Shown here: one piece after another, positions 55,643 through 64,000 of the stretch
Position numbering within the stretch: the first letter of the stretch is position 1
How the letters are laid out: every line of letters begins with the position of its first letter
Translations under genes and position numbers: made by a program
Notes under the pieces: model-generated
What the model was told of the DNA's origin: nothing
The model's input: only the letters and a program-made list of their open reading frames with translations
The model's database searches: none
NCBI GenBank assembly: GCA_963792585.1
Contig: CAWBWI010000003.1
Span: forward strand, 896,001-960,000
Origin: Candidatus Eiseniibacteriota bacterium
GTDB taxonomy: Bacteria; Eisenbacteria; RBG-16-71-46; CAIMUX01; VGJL01
Reading direction: 5' to 3'
DNA: 64,000 nucleotides

Positions 55643-56299
55643 ATGCCAAGAGCCGTCCCGCTCGTCGCGTCCGTTCTCGCGGGTTGCCTCGCCATCGGAA
55701 CCGCGTGGGCGGGCTCCAATCGCGACGGGGCGTTGATCGTCCACGCAGATCCTCTGATCGTCTACTCTTCCGGGCGCGATTTCTGCGTGAGCGAGTACCG
55801 CGGGCCGAGCACCTGCGGAAACGCTCGGACCGAAGTCGACGGGTTTCTCACGGATGCGATCCTCGTCTGGTTCATCGCGGCCTTCCCGAGGAATGCGCAT
55901 CCGGCCATCAATGCCGTTCAATTCGGGATCAGCTCGACCCTGCCGAACGGGGCGGTCGTCGCGCACGGGCCGTGCGGCTCGAGCCTCCTCGAGCTGGCCA
56001 CGGGGGATTCCCCAGACTACGGCTGGGGGACGCTGGTCAGCTTCTCGACCATCAACGACACCTTTTCACCGATCTACTGGTTTGCGATCGAGGGGACCGG
56101 CGGGAGCACATTCGGATCGGCGAAATATCCCGGGGATGATCGCGCGGTCTTCGTCGACGACGGCAACCCGCCTGCGGAAGACGATATCACCCGCTTCGGC
56201 AGCGTCGGGTGGGGAACGAGCGGCGGCAATGACTGCCCGCCCGACGCATATGAGATCCGTCCATCGACCTGGGGAAAGGTCAAGGGCGGGTACCGATAG
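55643..56299 (+). CDS. Secreted protein, paralog of the N-terminal domain of 20726-22489, with C-terminal TWG motif
   Basis: AAGGAGG RBS; AGSNRDGALIVH...FVDDGNPPAED...FG...W...G.NDCP; ends RPSTWGKVKGGYR. Confidence 0.85.
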   Translation: MPRAVPLVASVLAGCLAIGTAWAGSNRDGALIVHADPLIVYSSGRDFCVSEYRGPSTCGNARTEVDGFLTDAILVWFIAAFPRNAHPAINAVQFGISSTLPNGAVVAHGPCGSSLLELATGDSPDYGWGTLVSFSTINDTFSPIYWFAIEGTGGSTFGSAKYPGDDRAVFVDDGNPPAEDDITRFGSVGWGTSGGNDCPPDAYEIRPSTWGKVKGGYR

Positions 56300-56351
56300 G
56301 ATCGAGGTCCTTCGACCGGGGCGCGGCGCGTAACGGGCGCCGCAAGGGGAG

Positions 56352-57824
56352 GTGTGGATGAAGGCGCTGTTCGATCTCGTTTCCTGGTTGCCCGCGGTCA
56401 TGATCCTGGTCTACGTCATGATGGACGTGTTCCGGGAGAACCCGGATGTGAGCCACTCCCGCGGGTTCAAGCTCCGCCGCATCGTCAACTGGGTCCCGCT
56501 GGGACTCGCCTACGCCTTCCTCTACATGGGCCGCTACAATCTCACGGTCTCGAAGAATGCCCTCGGCAATCTCATGACGAAAGAGGACTTCGGGATCATC
56601 TTCGCCGTCGGGACGGTCACCTACGCCCTGGCCTTCCTGCTGAACGGCCCGTTGACGGATCGGATCGGGGGAAAACGCGCGATCCTGATCTCCGCGTTCG
56701 GCGCGGCGATCGCGAACCTCGCGATGGGGTTGGTCCTGCGCGGCATTCTCGTCTCCCACTGGTCGGTCGGGCTGACCTTCATCTTCTGCGTCCTCTACGC
56801 GCTCAACATGTACTTCCAGAGCTTTGGCGCGGTGGCGATCGTGAAGGTCAACGCCGGGTGGTTCCACGTCCGCGAACGCGGGGTCTTCGGGGGGATCTTC
56901 GGAATCCTGATCTCGTTGGGGATCTTCTTTGCATTCGACTGGGGCGTGGCCATCATCAACGCGACCAAGACGGTCGCCGACGTCAAGCTCAACTGGGTCC
57001 AGTCGATGATCCGCTCCGCGACCGGCGTCGAGGGATCACCGATCGACCAGACCTGGTGGGTCTTCATCGTACCCGCGGTCATTCTGGTCTTGATCGGACT
57101 CGTGAACCTCGTTCTGCTCAAAGACAACCCGAAGGATGCGGGCTTCAAGGACTTCTATACGGCCGATGCCTCGGCCGGCGAGGACGACAGGCCGTTCACC
57201 CTCGGCGAGATTCTGAGCCGGATCCTGAAGAACCCGATCCTGCTTACGATCGCCTTCATCGAGTTCTGCACCGGCGTCCTGCGCAACGGCGTCATGCACT
57301 GGTACCCGATCTTCCTGAAGGACTACATGAAGTTGCCGAGCGACGCGTTCATGCGCCTGCACTGGGGTCTCATCCTGATGCTGGCGGGCGTCTTCGGTGG
57401 GATGGTCGCGGGGGTCATGTCGGACAAAGTCTTCGGATCGCGTCGGGGGCCGGTCGCTGCGGTTCTCTATGGATTGATGTTCTTCGCGACCCTTCTGATG
57501 ATCTTCACGGTCAAGGGAGACCAGACGCTCCTCGCCATCGCGGTCGTCGCGATGTCCTTCTGCGTGATCGGGACGCACGGAATGCTCTCGGGCACATCCA
57601 CGATGGACTTCGGCGGCAAGCGCGCGGCGGGCACGGCGGTGGGGTTGATCGACGGATTCGTCTATCTCGGCACCGGATTCCAGTCGCTCTCATTGGGCTT
57701 CATCACGACGCGCAACTGGAGCTGGTGGCCGATCTTCCTGATCCCGTTCTCGGTGATCGGATTCTACCTGGCCACGCGGATCTGGAAGGCGATGCCGAAG
57801 CCTCGGGGAGCGGCGGGGCACTGA
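56352..57824 (+). CDS. MFS transporter, organophosphate:Pi antiporter (GlpT/UhpT-like)
   Basis: YMGRYN, GPLTDRIGGK, WFHVRERG, SDKVFGSRRGP, AGTAVGLIDGFVYLG. Confidence 0.88.
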   Translation: MWMKALFDLVSWLPAVMILVYVMMDVFRENPDVSHSRGFKLRRIVNWVPLGLAYAFLYMGRYNLTVSKNALGNLMTKEDFGIIFAVGTVTYALAFLLNGPLTDRIGGKRAILISAFGAAIANLAMGLVLRGILVSHWSVGLTFIFCVLYALNMYFQSFGAVAIVKVNAGWFHVRERGVFGGIFGILISLGIFFAFDWGVAIINATKTVADVKLNWVQSMIRSATGVEGSPIDQTWWVFIVPAVILVLIGLVNLVLLKDNPKDAGFKDFYTADASAGEDDRPFTLGEILSRILKNPILLTIAFIEFCTGVLRNGVMHWYPIFLKDYMKLPSDAFMRLHWGLILMLAGVFGGMVAGVMSDKVFGSRRGPVAAVLYGLMFFATLLMIFTVKGDQTLLAIAVVAMSFCVIGTHGMLSGTSTMDFGGKRAAGTAVGLIDGFVYLGTGFQSLSLGFITTRNWSWWPIFLIPFSVIGFYLATRIWKAMPKPRGAAGH

Positions 57825-57896
57825 GGGGTCGCTCGATCGAAGGGCCGCAGCTTGGATCAAGGGTGAGGAGTCACCCCGTCGACGCGATCGGGAAGG

Positions 57897-58751
57897 CTAT
57901 CCGAGCAGAATCTTGGCCCGGGCGATCTGATCCGTGCAGACCTCGAGGATGGCGTCGGCGCTTTCCGCGGTGAGCGCGAGGCGCTTCCATGCCGGGTGCT
58001 CGGCGATGCTCAATCCTCTGGCCGGTTCCCGACGCCCGACCCCTTCGTGGGTCAGACAGGCCGTCGCAAGCGCGACCGTCAGCGTCAAGTATCCCACCTC
58101 GTCGGTCGGGTCTCCGGCGCCGTCGGGATTGTGGTGGTTCCGGATCACGCCGATCAGATTCGGCGGGAGATTCCACTTCGTCGCGATCAGGGCGCCCAAC
58201 TCCGCATGGTCGAACCCGAACTGATCCCGCTCCGCCTCGATGAAAGAGACCTTCTCGTTGTACACGCGCGCGACGACCTGCTCGTACTCATCCCGGTGGC
58301 TGTTCGCGAGAGCGCTCTTGCCGATGTCGTGCAAGAGGCCCGCGGTGAAAGCCCCGTCCGTGTCGACACGCCGTCCCATGGAGCGGGCGAGGGCCTCGGT
58401 CACCGGACCTGCCAGGGTAGAGTGCGTCCAGAGGAGCTTCTCCATCAGATCGAAGCGGCGGAAGACGCTCTTCAGCGAGATGCCGAGGACGAGATTCCGG
58501 ACGGTTCGGCTTCCGACGAGACCGATCGCCTGGTGCAGGTTCTCGATCCTGCCGGAAAAGCCGTACATGACGGAGTTGGAGACCGTCAGGACCCGTGAGG
58601 CCAGGGACGCGTCCTGCTCGATCAGGGCCCGGAGATCATCGCGAGACGTGTTCGGGTTGTCGACCGCCGACATGACCTGCGCGGCGACCGCTGGAATCGC
58701 CGGGATGTCCTGGCTGGTGGACTCGAGATAGTCTTCGAGACGGGTCTGCAT
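57897..58751 (-). CDS. HDOD domain protein
   Basis: IPAIPAVA, DASLASRVLTVSNS, AGLLHDIGK, DHAELGALIATKWNLP. Confidence 0.92.
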   Translation of the reverse strand: MQTRLEDYLESTSQDIPAIPAVAAQVMSAVDNPNTSRDDLRALIEQDASLASRVLTVSNSVMYGFSGRIENLHQAIGLVGSRTVRNLVLGISLKSVFRRFDLMEKLLWTHSTLAGPVTEALARSMGRRVDTDGAFTAGLLHDIGKSALANSHRDEYEQVVARVYNEKVSFIEAERDQFGFDHAELGALIATKWNLPPNLIGVIRNHHNPDGAGDPTDEVGYLTLTVALATACLTHEGVGRREPARGLSIAEHPAWKRLALTAESADAILEVCTDQIARAKILLG

Positions 58752-59137
58752 GGACCGCGTCCTCCCATGATCTTCACGAGCTCAAGGTCGACAGCTGGGG
58801 TGGCCGGATGTACCGAAACCAACGCACGGGCACCGCGGCCGGCGACCCCTCTGTCCCCGATCATCCATCGTCCATTCGGCGCCCGATCCAAAGGGGAATG
58901 TTCCTCGCTGCCCGATGCTATTGGCCGCCCTTCCGCGGTGATGAACCCGGCGCCGTGAACCGAGACCGATGCGGATCGTGCGGCCGCCGCGACAGGCGCG
59001 ACGATCCGGCGATGGCTCTCCCCCCGAATCTGCTATCATCCGTTGTTTCTTTAGAGAATGGCCGCCACAACCCGGCGCCCGATCTTGCGGCGCCGTGACT
59101 GCAGCGATGAACTGCAGCAGGTACGGGAGGTGGGCCA

Positions 59138-59860
59138 ATGAGAGCGCATGCCAACATCGTGTGCCTTTGCATCGCAGTCGGGTGCCTGGCGGGGTGCGGG
59201 AAGTCGAGCAACTCCCCTGAAGAGGATTGCACTCCGGATACTCAATACAACCCCTCGATCAACCCCGCCGCGTTCGTCCTGACCGTCGACAACCCGCTGT
59301 TTCCGTTGGTGCCGGGAACGGAGTACGTCTACCAGGGCGGCCAGGAGACGATTCGCGTCACCGTGACCTCCGACTCGAAGGTCATCCTCGGCGTGACCGC
59401 CACCGTGGTTCACGATGTCGTGTCCGTGGGCGACGAGACCATCGAGGACACGTACGATTGGTACGCGCAAGACACTGCGGGCAACGTCTGGTACCTCGGC
59501 GAAGACACCAAGGAGTACGAGGGTGGCGTGGTCGTCAGCACCGAAGGCTCATGGGAGGCCGGGGTGGACGGCGCCAAACCCGGAATTGTGATGTATGCGA
59601 CACAGCCGGCTATCGGAGCGCCCTACCGCCAGGAATACTACGCCTGCGAGGCTGAGGACATGGCGGAGGTGGCTGGTGTGAACAGATCGGTCACGGTTCC
59701 CAGCGGCGCCTTCACCGGCTGTCTGCAAACGCGCGAGTTCACGCCCCTGGAAACCGACGTCAATGAGTACAAGTACTACGCCCCCGGCGTCGGTCTGGTG
59801 CTCGAAGTCGATGTCGAATCCGGTGCGCGCATGGAGCTCGTGACCGTGACGACTCCCTAG
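59138..59860 (+). CDS. Putative lipoprotein
   Basis: GGGAGG RBS; lipobox LAGC; DWYAQD..GNVWYLGE, GSWEAGVDGAKPG, KYYAPGVG. Confidence 0.85.
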   Translation: MRAHANIVCLCIAVGCLAGCGKSSNSPEEDCTPDTQYNPSINPAAFVLTVDNPLFPLVPGTEYVYQGGQETIRVTVTSDSKVILGVTATVVHDVVSVGDETIEDTYDWYAQDTAGNVWYLGEDTKEYEGGVVVSTEGSWEAGVDGAKPGIVMYATQPAIGAPYRQEYYACEAEDMAEVAGVNRSVTVPSGAFTGCLQTREFTPLETDVNEYKYYAPGVGLVLEVDVESGARMELVTVTTP

Positions 59861-60033
59861 CGGGGTCCGCCCGGGACGAACCGGTCCGGAAGATCATCGT
59901 GGCCGTGCCGTTGCTCCCCGGCAACGGCCGCGCAGCCCCGCCAGGGATCACGAGATGAGAATCCCCGGCGTGAGCACGCGCGCCCCCATCGAGTGGATGA
60001 GGGCGCGCGTTTGTCGGTCGCGATTCTCGGTCG

Positions 60034-63000
60034 CTATGCCGTGCTGGGAGCGAGATCGGGCACGTCCGGCCCTGCGCCCATTCCCTCCTCGTTGGGAACA
60101 CTTGCCGCGACCGGCACGCGCGTCCGCGCAACCAGCATGTAGACCGCCGGGACGATGAAGAGCGTGAAGAAGGTGCCGATGATCATGCCGCTCACGAGCA
60201 TGATCCCGATGCTGTTCCGCGCTCCGGCGCCCGGGCCGTGCGCGAAGACGAGCGGGAGGTGGCCGAACACCGTGGCCGCGGTCGTCATCAGGATAGGTCG
60301 CGAGCGCGTCCCCGCGGCCTCCATGACGGCCCGCAGCTTCTCCGCCCCCGTCTCCTGGAGGTGGTTCGCGAACTGGACGATCAGGATGCCGTTCTTTGCC
60401 ACGAGCCCCACCAGAGTGATCAGGCCCACCTGGCTGTAGATGTTCAGCGTCGTGAGGCCCAGGAACGAGAAGAGGAGCGCGCCCGAGAGCGCCAGCGGGA
60501 CCGAACCCGCCAGGATCACGAACGGATCTCGGAAGCTCTCGAACTGCGCCGCGAGCACCAGGTAGATCAGGATCGCCGAGAGGAGGAACACGGCAAGGAA
60601 CTTACTTCCCTCCGTGCGGAGCTGGCGCGACTCGCCCGCGTAGTCGACCGTGAAGCCGGGCGGGAGCATCGTTCTGGCTTCGTTCTCGAGGAACTTCAAC
60701 GCCCGGTCCAGAGAAACCGACGGGGGAACCACACCCTGGATACGCACGGCGTTGAGCTGCTGGAACCGCTTCAGCTCACGCGGTTCGGTCGTGGTCCGAA
60801 GCGTCGCAAACGTGGAAAGCGGCACCAAGGCGCCGTCCTTACCGCTGACGTAGATTTGCTCCAGCTGGTCCGGCGTCAGGCGCTCGCTACGCTTGACCTG
60901 GGGGATCACCTTGTAGCTTCGTCCCTGGATGCTGAAACGGTTCACGTAGTCCCCCCCCAGAAGGGTGGACAGATCCTCCCCGGCCTGGCTCATGTTGACG
61001 CCCTGCGAGCGCACCCTGTCGCGATTGAAGACAACCTCCGCCTGGGGCTGATCGAACTTGAGATCCGCGTCGGCGTACATGAAGAGCCCGCTCGCGAACG
61101 CCTTCTGCACGAGCTGATTCGCGAACTCCCCGAGTTGCTCCGGCTCCGCCGTAGAGCAGATCACGAAGTCCACGGGGAAATCGCCGCCGCCGGGTAGCGC
61201 GGGCGGAATCAGGGGTATCACCCGCACGCCCGGAATCTGCGAGAGTCCTCCCGCGGATTCCATCTGGAGCTGGGCCGTGCTCTTGCTTCGCTCGCCCCAG
61301 GGCTTCGTCACCATGCCCCCGAAACCCCCAGTCGGGTAGGTGATCTGGAAGGTATTCTGTGTCTCCGGGAACGACTGGTAGACCTGATTGACCTTCGCGG
61401 CGAAGAGCTTCGTCTGATCGATGGTCGAGTTCGCCGAGGCCTGGACGATCCCGAAGACGATGCTCTGGTCCTCGCTCGGCGCCAGCTCACGCTGCGAGAA
61501 CATGTAGAAGGGGACCATCATGACCACGACGATCGCCCACAGCACGAGCACGACCGGGCGATACTGCAGGGTCCAGGAGAGCGCGCGCCCGTACGCCCGA
61601 CGGACGGCGTCGAAGTGCCGGTTGATCATGCCCGCAAAGCCATGCCCGGTGTGCTCGGCACGCAGGAGCTTCGATCCCATCATCGGCGACAACGTCAGGG
61701 CGACCACTCCCGATACCATCACGGCGCCGGCGAGCGCGAACGCGAACTCACGGAACAGAGATCCGGTCAGACCGCCCTGGATCGCTACGGGGGTGTAGAC
61801 CGCAGCCAGGGTGATCGTCATGGCGATGATCGGACCGACCAGTTCCCGCGCCGCATCGATCGCCGCCTGGACGGGTCGTTTCCCGTTTCGCAGGTGTCGC
61901 TCCATGTTCTCGACCATCACGATCGCGTCGTCCACCACGAGACCCACCGAGAGCACGATCGCCAGCAAGGTCAGCAGGTTGATGGTGAATCCGGCCACCG
62001 CCATGATGAAGACGGCCCCGATGAGCGAGATGGGAATCGCCACGACGGGGATGACCACCGAGCGCATCGACCCCAAGAAGAGGAAGATGATCACGATCAC
62101 GATTAGGAGGGTCTCCGTGAGGGTCTTGAGCACTTCGTGGATCGCGTCCTGGATGTAGACGGTGGAGTCGTACGGGATGCCCGCCTTCATTCCCACCGGC
62201 AGTTGGGCCTGGATCTGCGGCATCGCCTCACGCACCCTGGCGATCACATCGAGCGAGTTCGCCGTCGGCAGGACCCAGACCCCCATGAAGGTGGCGGTCT
62301 CCCCGTTGAAGCGGACGTCCTCTTCATAGTTCTCGGCACCGAGCACGACATCCGCGATGTCGCCGAGGCGGACGACCGCGCCGTTGTCTTCCTTCACGAC
62401 CAACTGCCGGAACTCCTCGGGCGTCTGGAGTGCGGTGTTGGCGATCATGTTCACCGAGACCATGGACCCCTTCGTCCTGCCGAGGGCGGAGAGATAGTTG
62501 TTACGCGCGAGGGCGTCCCGAACCTGGGAGGGGGAGATCCCCAGCGACGCCATCCTGTCGGGTTTCAGCCAGACCCGCATGGCGAACGTGCGGTCGCCGA
62601 GGATATCGGCCCGCTGCACGCCTTCGATCGCCGACAGCTTCGGTTGCACGACGCGCGTGAGGTAGTCGGTGATCTGGTTCTGATCCAGGTCCTCCGACGC
62701 GAAGCCGATGTACATCGCCGCGAACTGGTTGTCGGCAGTCTCCAGCTCGATGATCGGCGCCTCCGCCTCCGGAGGAAGGTCGTTACGCACCTGCGCCACC
62801 TTCGCCTGGATCTGGGTCAGGGCGGCGTTGGTGTCGTAGTTGAGCTTCAGGTGCACGGTGATCGTGCTCACGCTCTGGGCGCTGGAGGACTCGAGATAGT
62901 CGATGCCGTCCGCGCTGGCGATCACACGCTCGAGCGGGCTCGTGATGAACCCGCGCACGAGATCGGCATTCGCGCCGATGTATGCGGTCGTGACACGGAT

Positions 63001-63132
63001 GACCGCGATGTCGCTACGCGGGAACTGGCGCACGCTGAGCGACCGGATCGACTGCAGCCCGGCGATCAGGATGATCAGGTTGACGACGATCGCGAGGACG
63101 GGCCGTCGTACGAAGAGATCTGTGAATTTCAT
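60034..63132 (-). CDS. RND efflux permease (AcrB/MdtC family)
   Basis: FVRRPVLA, GLVVDDAIVMVEN, LAAQFESF, KNGILIV, RPILMT. Confidence 0.96.
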   Translation of the reverse strand: MKFTDLFVRRPVLAIVVNLIILIAGLQSIRSLSVRQFPRSDIAVIRVTTAYIGANADLVRGFITSPLERVIASADGIDYLESSSAQSVSTITVHLKLNYDTNAALTQIQAKVAQVRNDLPPEAEAPIIELETADNQFAAMYIGFASEDLDQNQITDYLTRVVQPKLSAIEGVQRADILGDRTFAMRVWLKPDRMASLGISPSQVRDALARNNYLSALGRTKGSMVSVNMIANTALQTPEEFRQLVVKEDNGAVVRLGDIADVVLGAENYEEDVRFNGETATFMGVWVLPTANSLDVIARVREAMPQIQAQLPVGMKAGIPYDSTVYIQDAIHEVLKTLTETLLIVIVIIFLFLGSMRSVVIPVVAIPISLIGAVFIMAVAGFTINLLTLLAIVLSVGLVVDDAIVMVENMERHLRNGKRPVQAAIDAARELVGPIIAMTITLAAVYTPVAIQGGLTGSLFREFAFALAGAVMVSGVVALTLSPMMGSKLLRAEHTGHGFAGMINRHFDAVRRAYGRALSWTLQYRPVVLVLWAIVVVMMVPFYMFSQRELAPSEDQSIVFGIVQASANSTIDQTKLFAAKVNQVYQSFPETQNTFQITYPTGGFGGMVTKPWGERSKSTAQLQMESAGGLSQIPGVRVIPLIPPALPGGGDFPVDFVICSTAEPEQLGEFANQLVQKAFASGLFMYADADLKFDQPQAEVVFNRDRVRSQGVNMSQAGEDLSTLLGGDYVNRFSIQGRSYKVIPQVKRSERLTPDQLEQIYVSGKDGALVPLSTFATLRTTTEPRELKRFQQLNAVRIQGVVPPSVSLDRALKFLENEARTMLPPGFTVDYAGESRQLRTEGSKFLAVFLLSAILIYLVLAAQFESFRDPFVILAGSVPLALSGALLFSFLGLTTLNIYSQVGLITLVGLVAKNGILIVQFANHLQETGAEKLRAVMEAAGTRSRPILMTTAATVFGHLPLVFAHGPGAGARNSIGIMLVSGMIIGTFFTLFIVPAVYMLVARTRVPVAASVPNEEGMGAGPDVPDLAPSTA

Positions 63133-64000
63133 CAGCTGTCCTCCGGCCGCGGCGCGGGGCTGTTCGAGGGCTGGATTTCATTGTTCACGAGGATGGCCGC
63201 GCCGTTGCGCAGCTTGAATACGCCCGAGGTCGCGACCTCCTGGCCCGGCGTGAGACCCGAGAGAACGGCGATCTGATCGCCGCGCGAACCGCCGAGTTTC
63301 ACGAACTGCTGGCGGACGCCTTTGTAGTTCTGACCGTTGGGACCCTTCAGATCCTCCACGATGAATACGGAATCACCGTAGGGCGCGTAGCTGATCGCTG
63401 AGGCCGGAAGGGCGACCATGGGGCTTCCCGGCCCCATCACGACCTGGGTTTCGACGAACATTCCGGGGCGGAGCCTCCCGCCGGGGTTCTGGAAGGTCGC
63501 CTGAACCTGGACGTTGCGTGTCGACTCATCGACGCGCGCGTTGATCGCCGTGATCCTGCCGTGCGGCCCGGGGCCGTCCGTGCCATCCGCGATGAGCTCC
63601 ACATCGCCGCCGACACGCAGATCCCCGACCTGCTGCTGGGGCACGGAAAAGTTGACGTAGATCGGGTCCAGCGACTCCAGGGGAACGACCGGATTCCCGC
63701 CCGTCAGGTACTGGCCCAGATTGACCTGGCGGATCCCCAGGATCCCCGAGAAGGGAGCTCGGATGGTCTTGCGCTCGATGGTGGCCTGGATCTCGTCCAC
63801 CCGGGCTTCCGCCTGTTTCAGCTCAGCAGAGCTGCGGTCGTACTCCGATTGCGAGGTGACTCCCTTCTCACGAAGTGCGCTGATCCGATCGAAGTTCAGT
63901 CGCGCTAGGTCACGCTGGGCCTCGGCGGCGGCCAGCTGCGCCTTCTCCTGGCGCGTATCGAGCGAGACGAGGAGATCGCCCTCCTTCACGGCCCGACCCG
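63132..64000 (-). CDS. RND periplasmic adaptor (MFP), N-terminus outside the window
   Basis: IRAPFSGILG, V..GQYL, LRPGMF, SGVFKLRNG; directly upstream of the RND permease. Confidence 0.93.
   Translation of the reverse strand, partial: GRAVKEGDLLVSLDTRQEKAQLAAAEAQRDLARLNFDRISALREKGVTSQSEYDRSSAELKQAEARVDEIQATIERKTIRAPFSGILGIRQVNLGQYLTGGNPVVPLESLDPIYVNFSVPQQQVGDLRVGGDVELIADGTDGPGPHGRITAINARVDESTRNVQVQATFQNPGGRLRPGMFVETQVVMGPGSPMVALPASAISYAPYGDSVFIVEDLKGPNGQNYKGVRQQFVKLGGSRGDQIAVLSGLTPGQEVATSGVFKLRNGAAILVNNEIQPSNSPAPRPEDS

Overview
GC-rich bacterial chromosome segment. The gene families suggest an FCB-related lineage such as Ca. Eisenbacteria, Krumholzibacteriota or Latescibacterota (inference from GWxTD proteins, FlgD-Ig C-termini and 'TWGx(L/V)(K/R)' tails). 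1-12.3 kb is a flagellar cluster: fliI(partial)-fliH-fliG-fliF-fliE-orf-flgC-flgB, a CheY-like pseudo-receiver, flgM, flaF, flbT, an alphaproteobacterial-type flagellin, flgL, a sigma54 activator, an HDOD protein and a LysM transglycosylase, with readable sigma54 and sigma28 promoters. The rest holds a GWxTD/TPR protein, a DUF222-like HNH nuclease next to IS481-end-like 25-bp repeats, envelope genes, metH with a candidate SAH riboswitch, a four-copy REP-like hairpin array, several large secreted proteins, a small patch of decaying genes, addAB, fpr, xth, an MFS permease and an RND pump. Most interesting: (i) an unannotated ~170-nt RNA at 36.10-36.29 kb with its own sigma70 promoter and mutually exclusive terminator/antiterminator folds; (ii) three secreted proteins sharing a C-terminal TWG motif, two of which also share an N-terminal domain I do not recognise (candidate protein-sorting system); (iii) a hybrid FlgM/sigma28 plus FlbT/FlaF flagellin control circuit. 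All calls are by eye; no database searches or folding programs were run.
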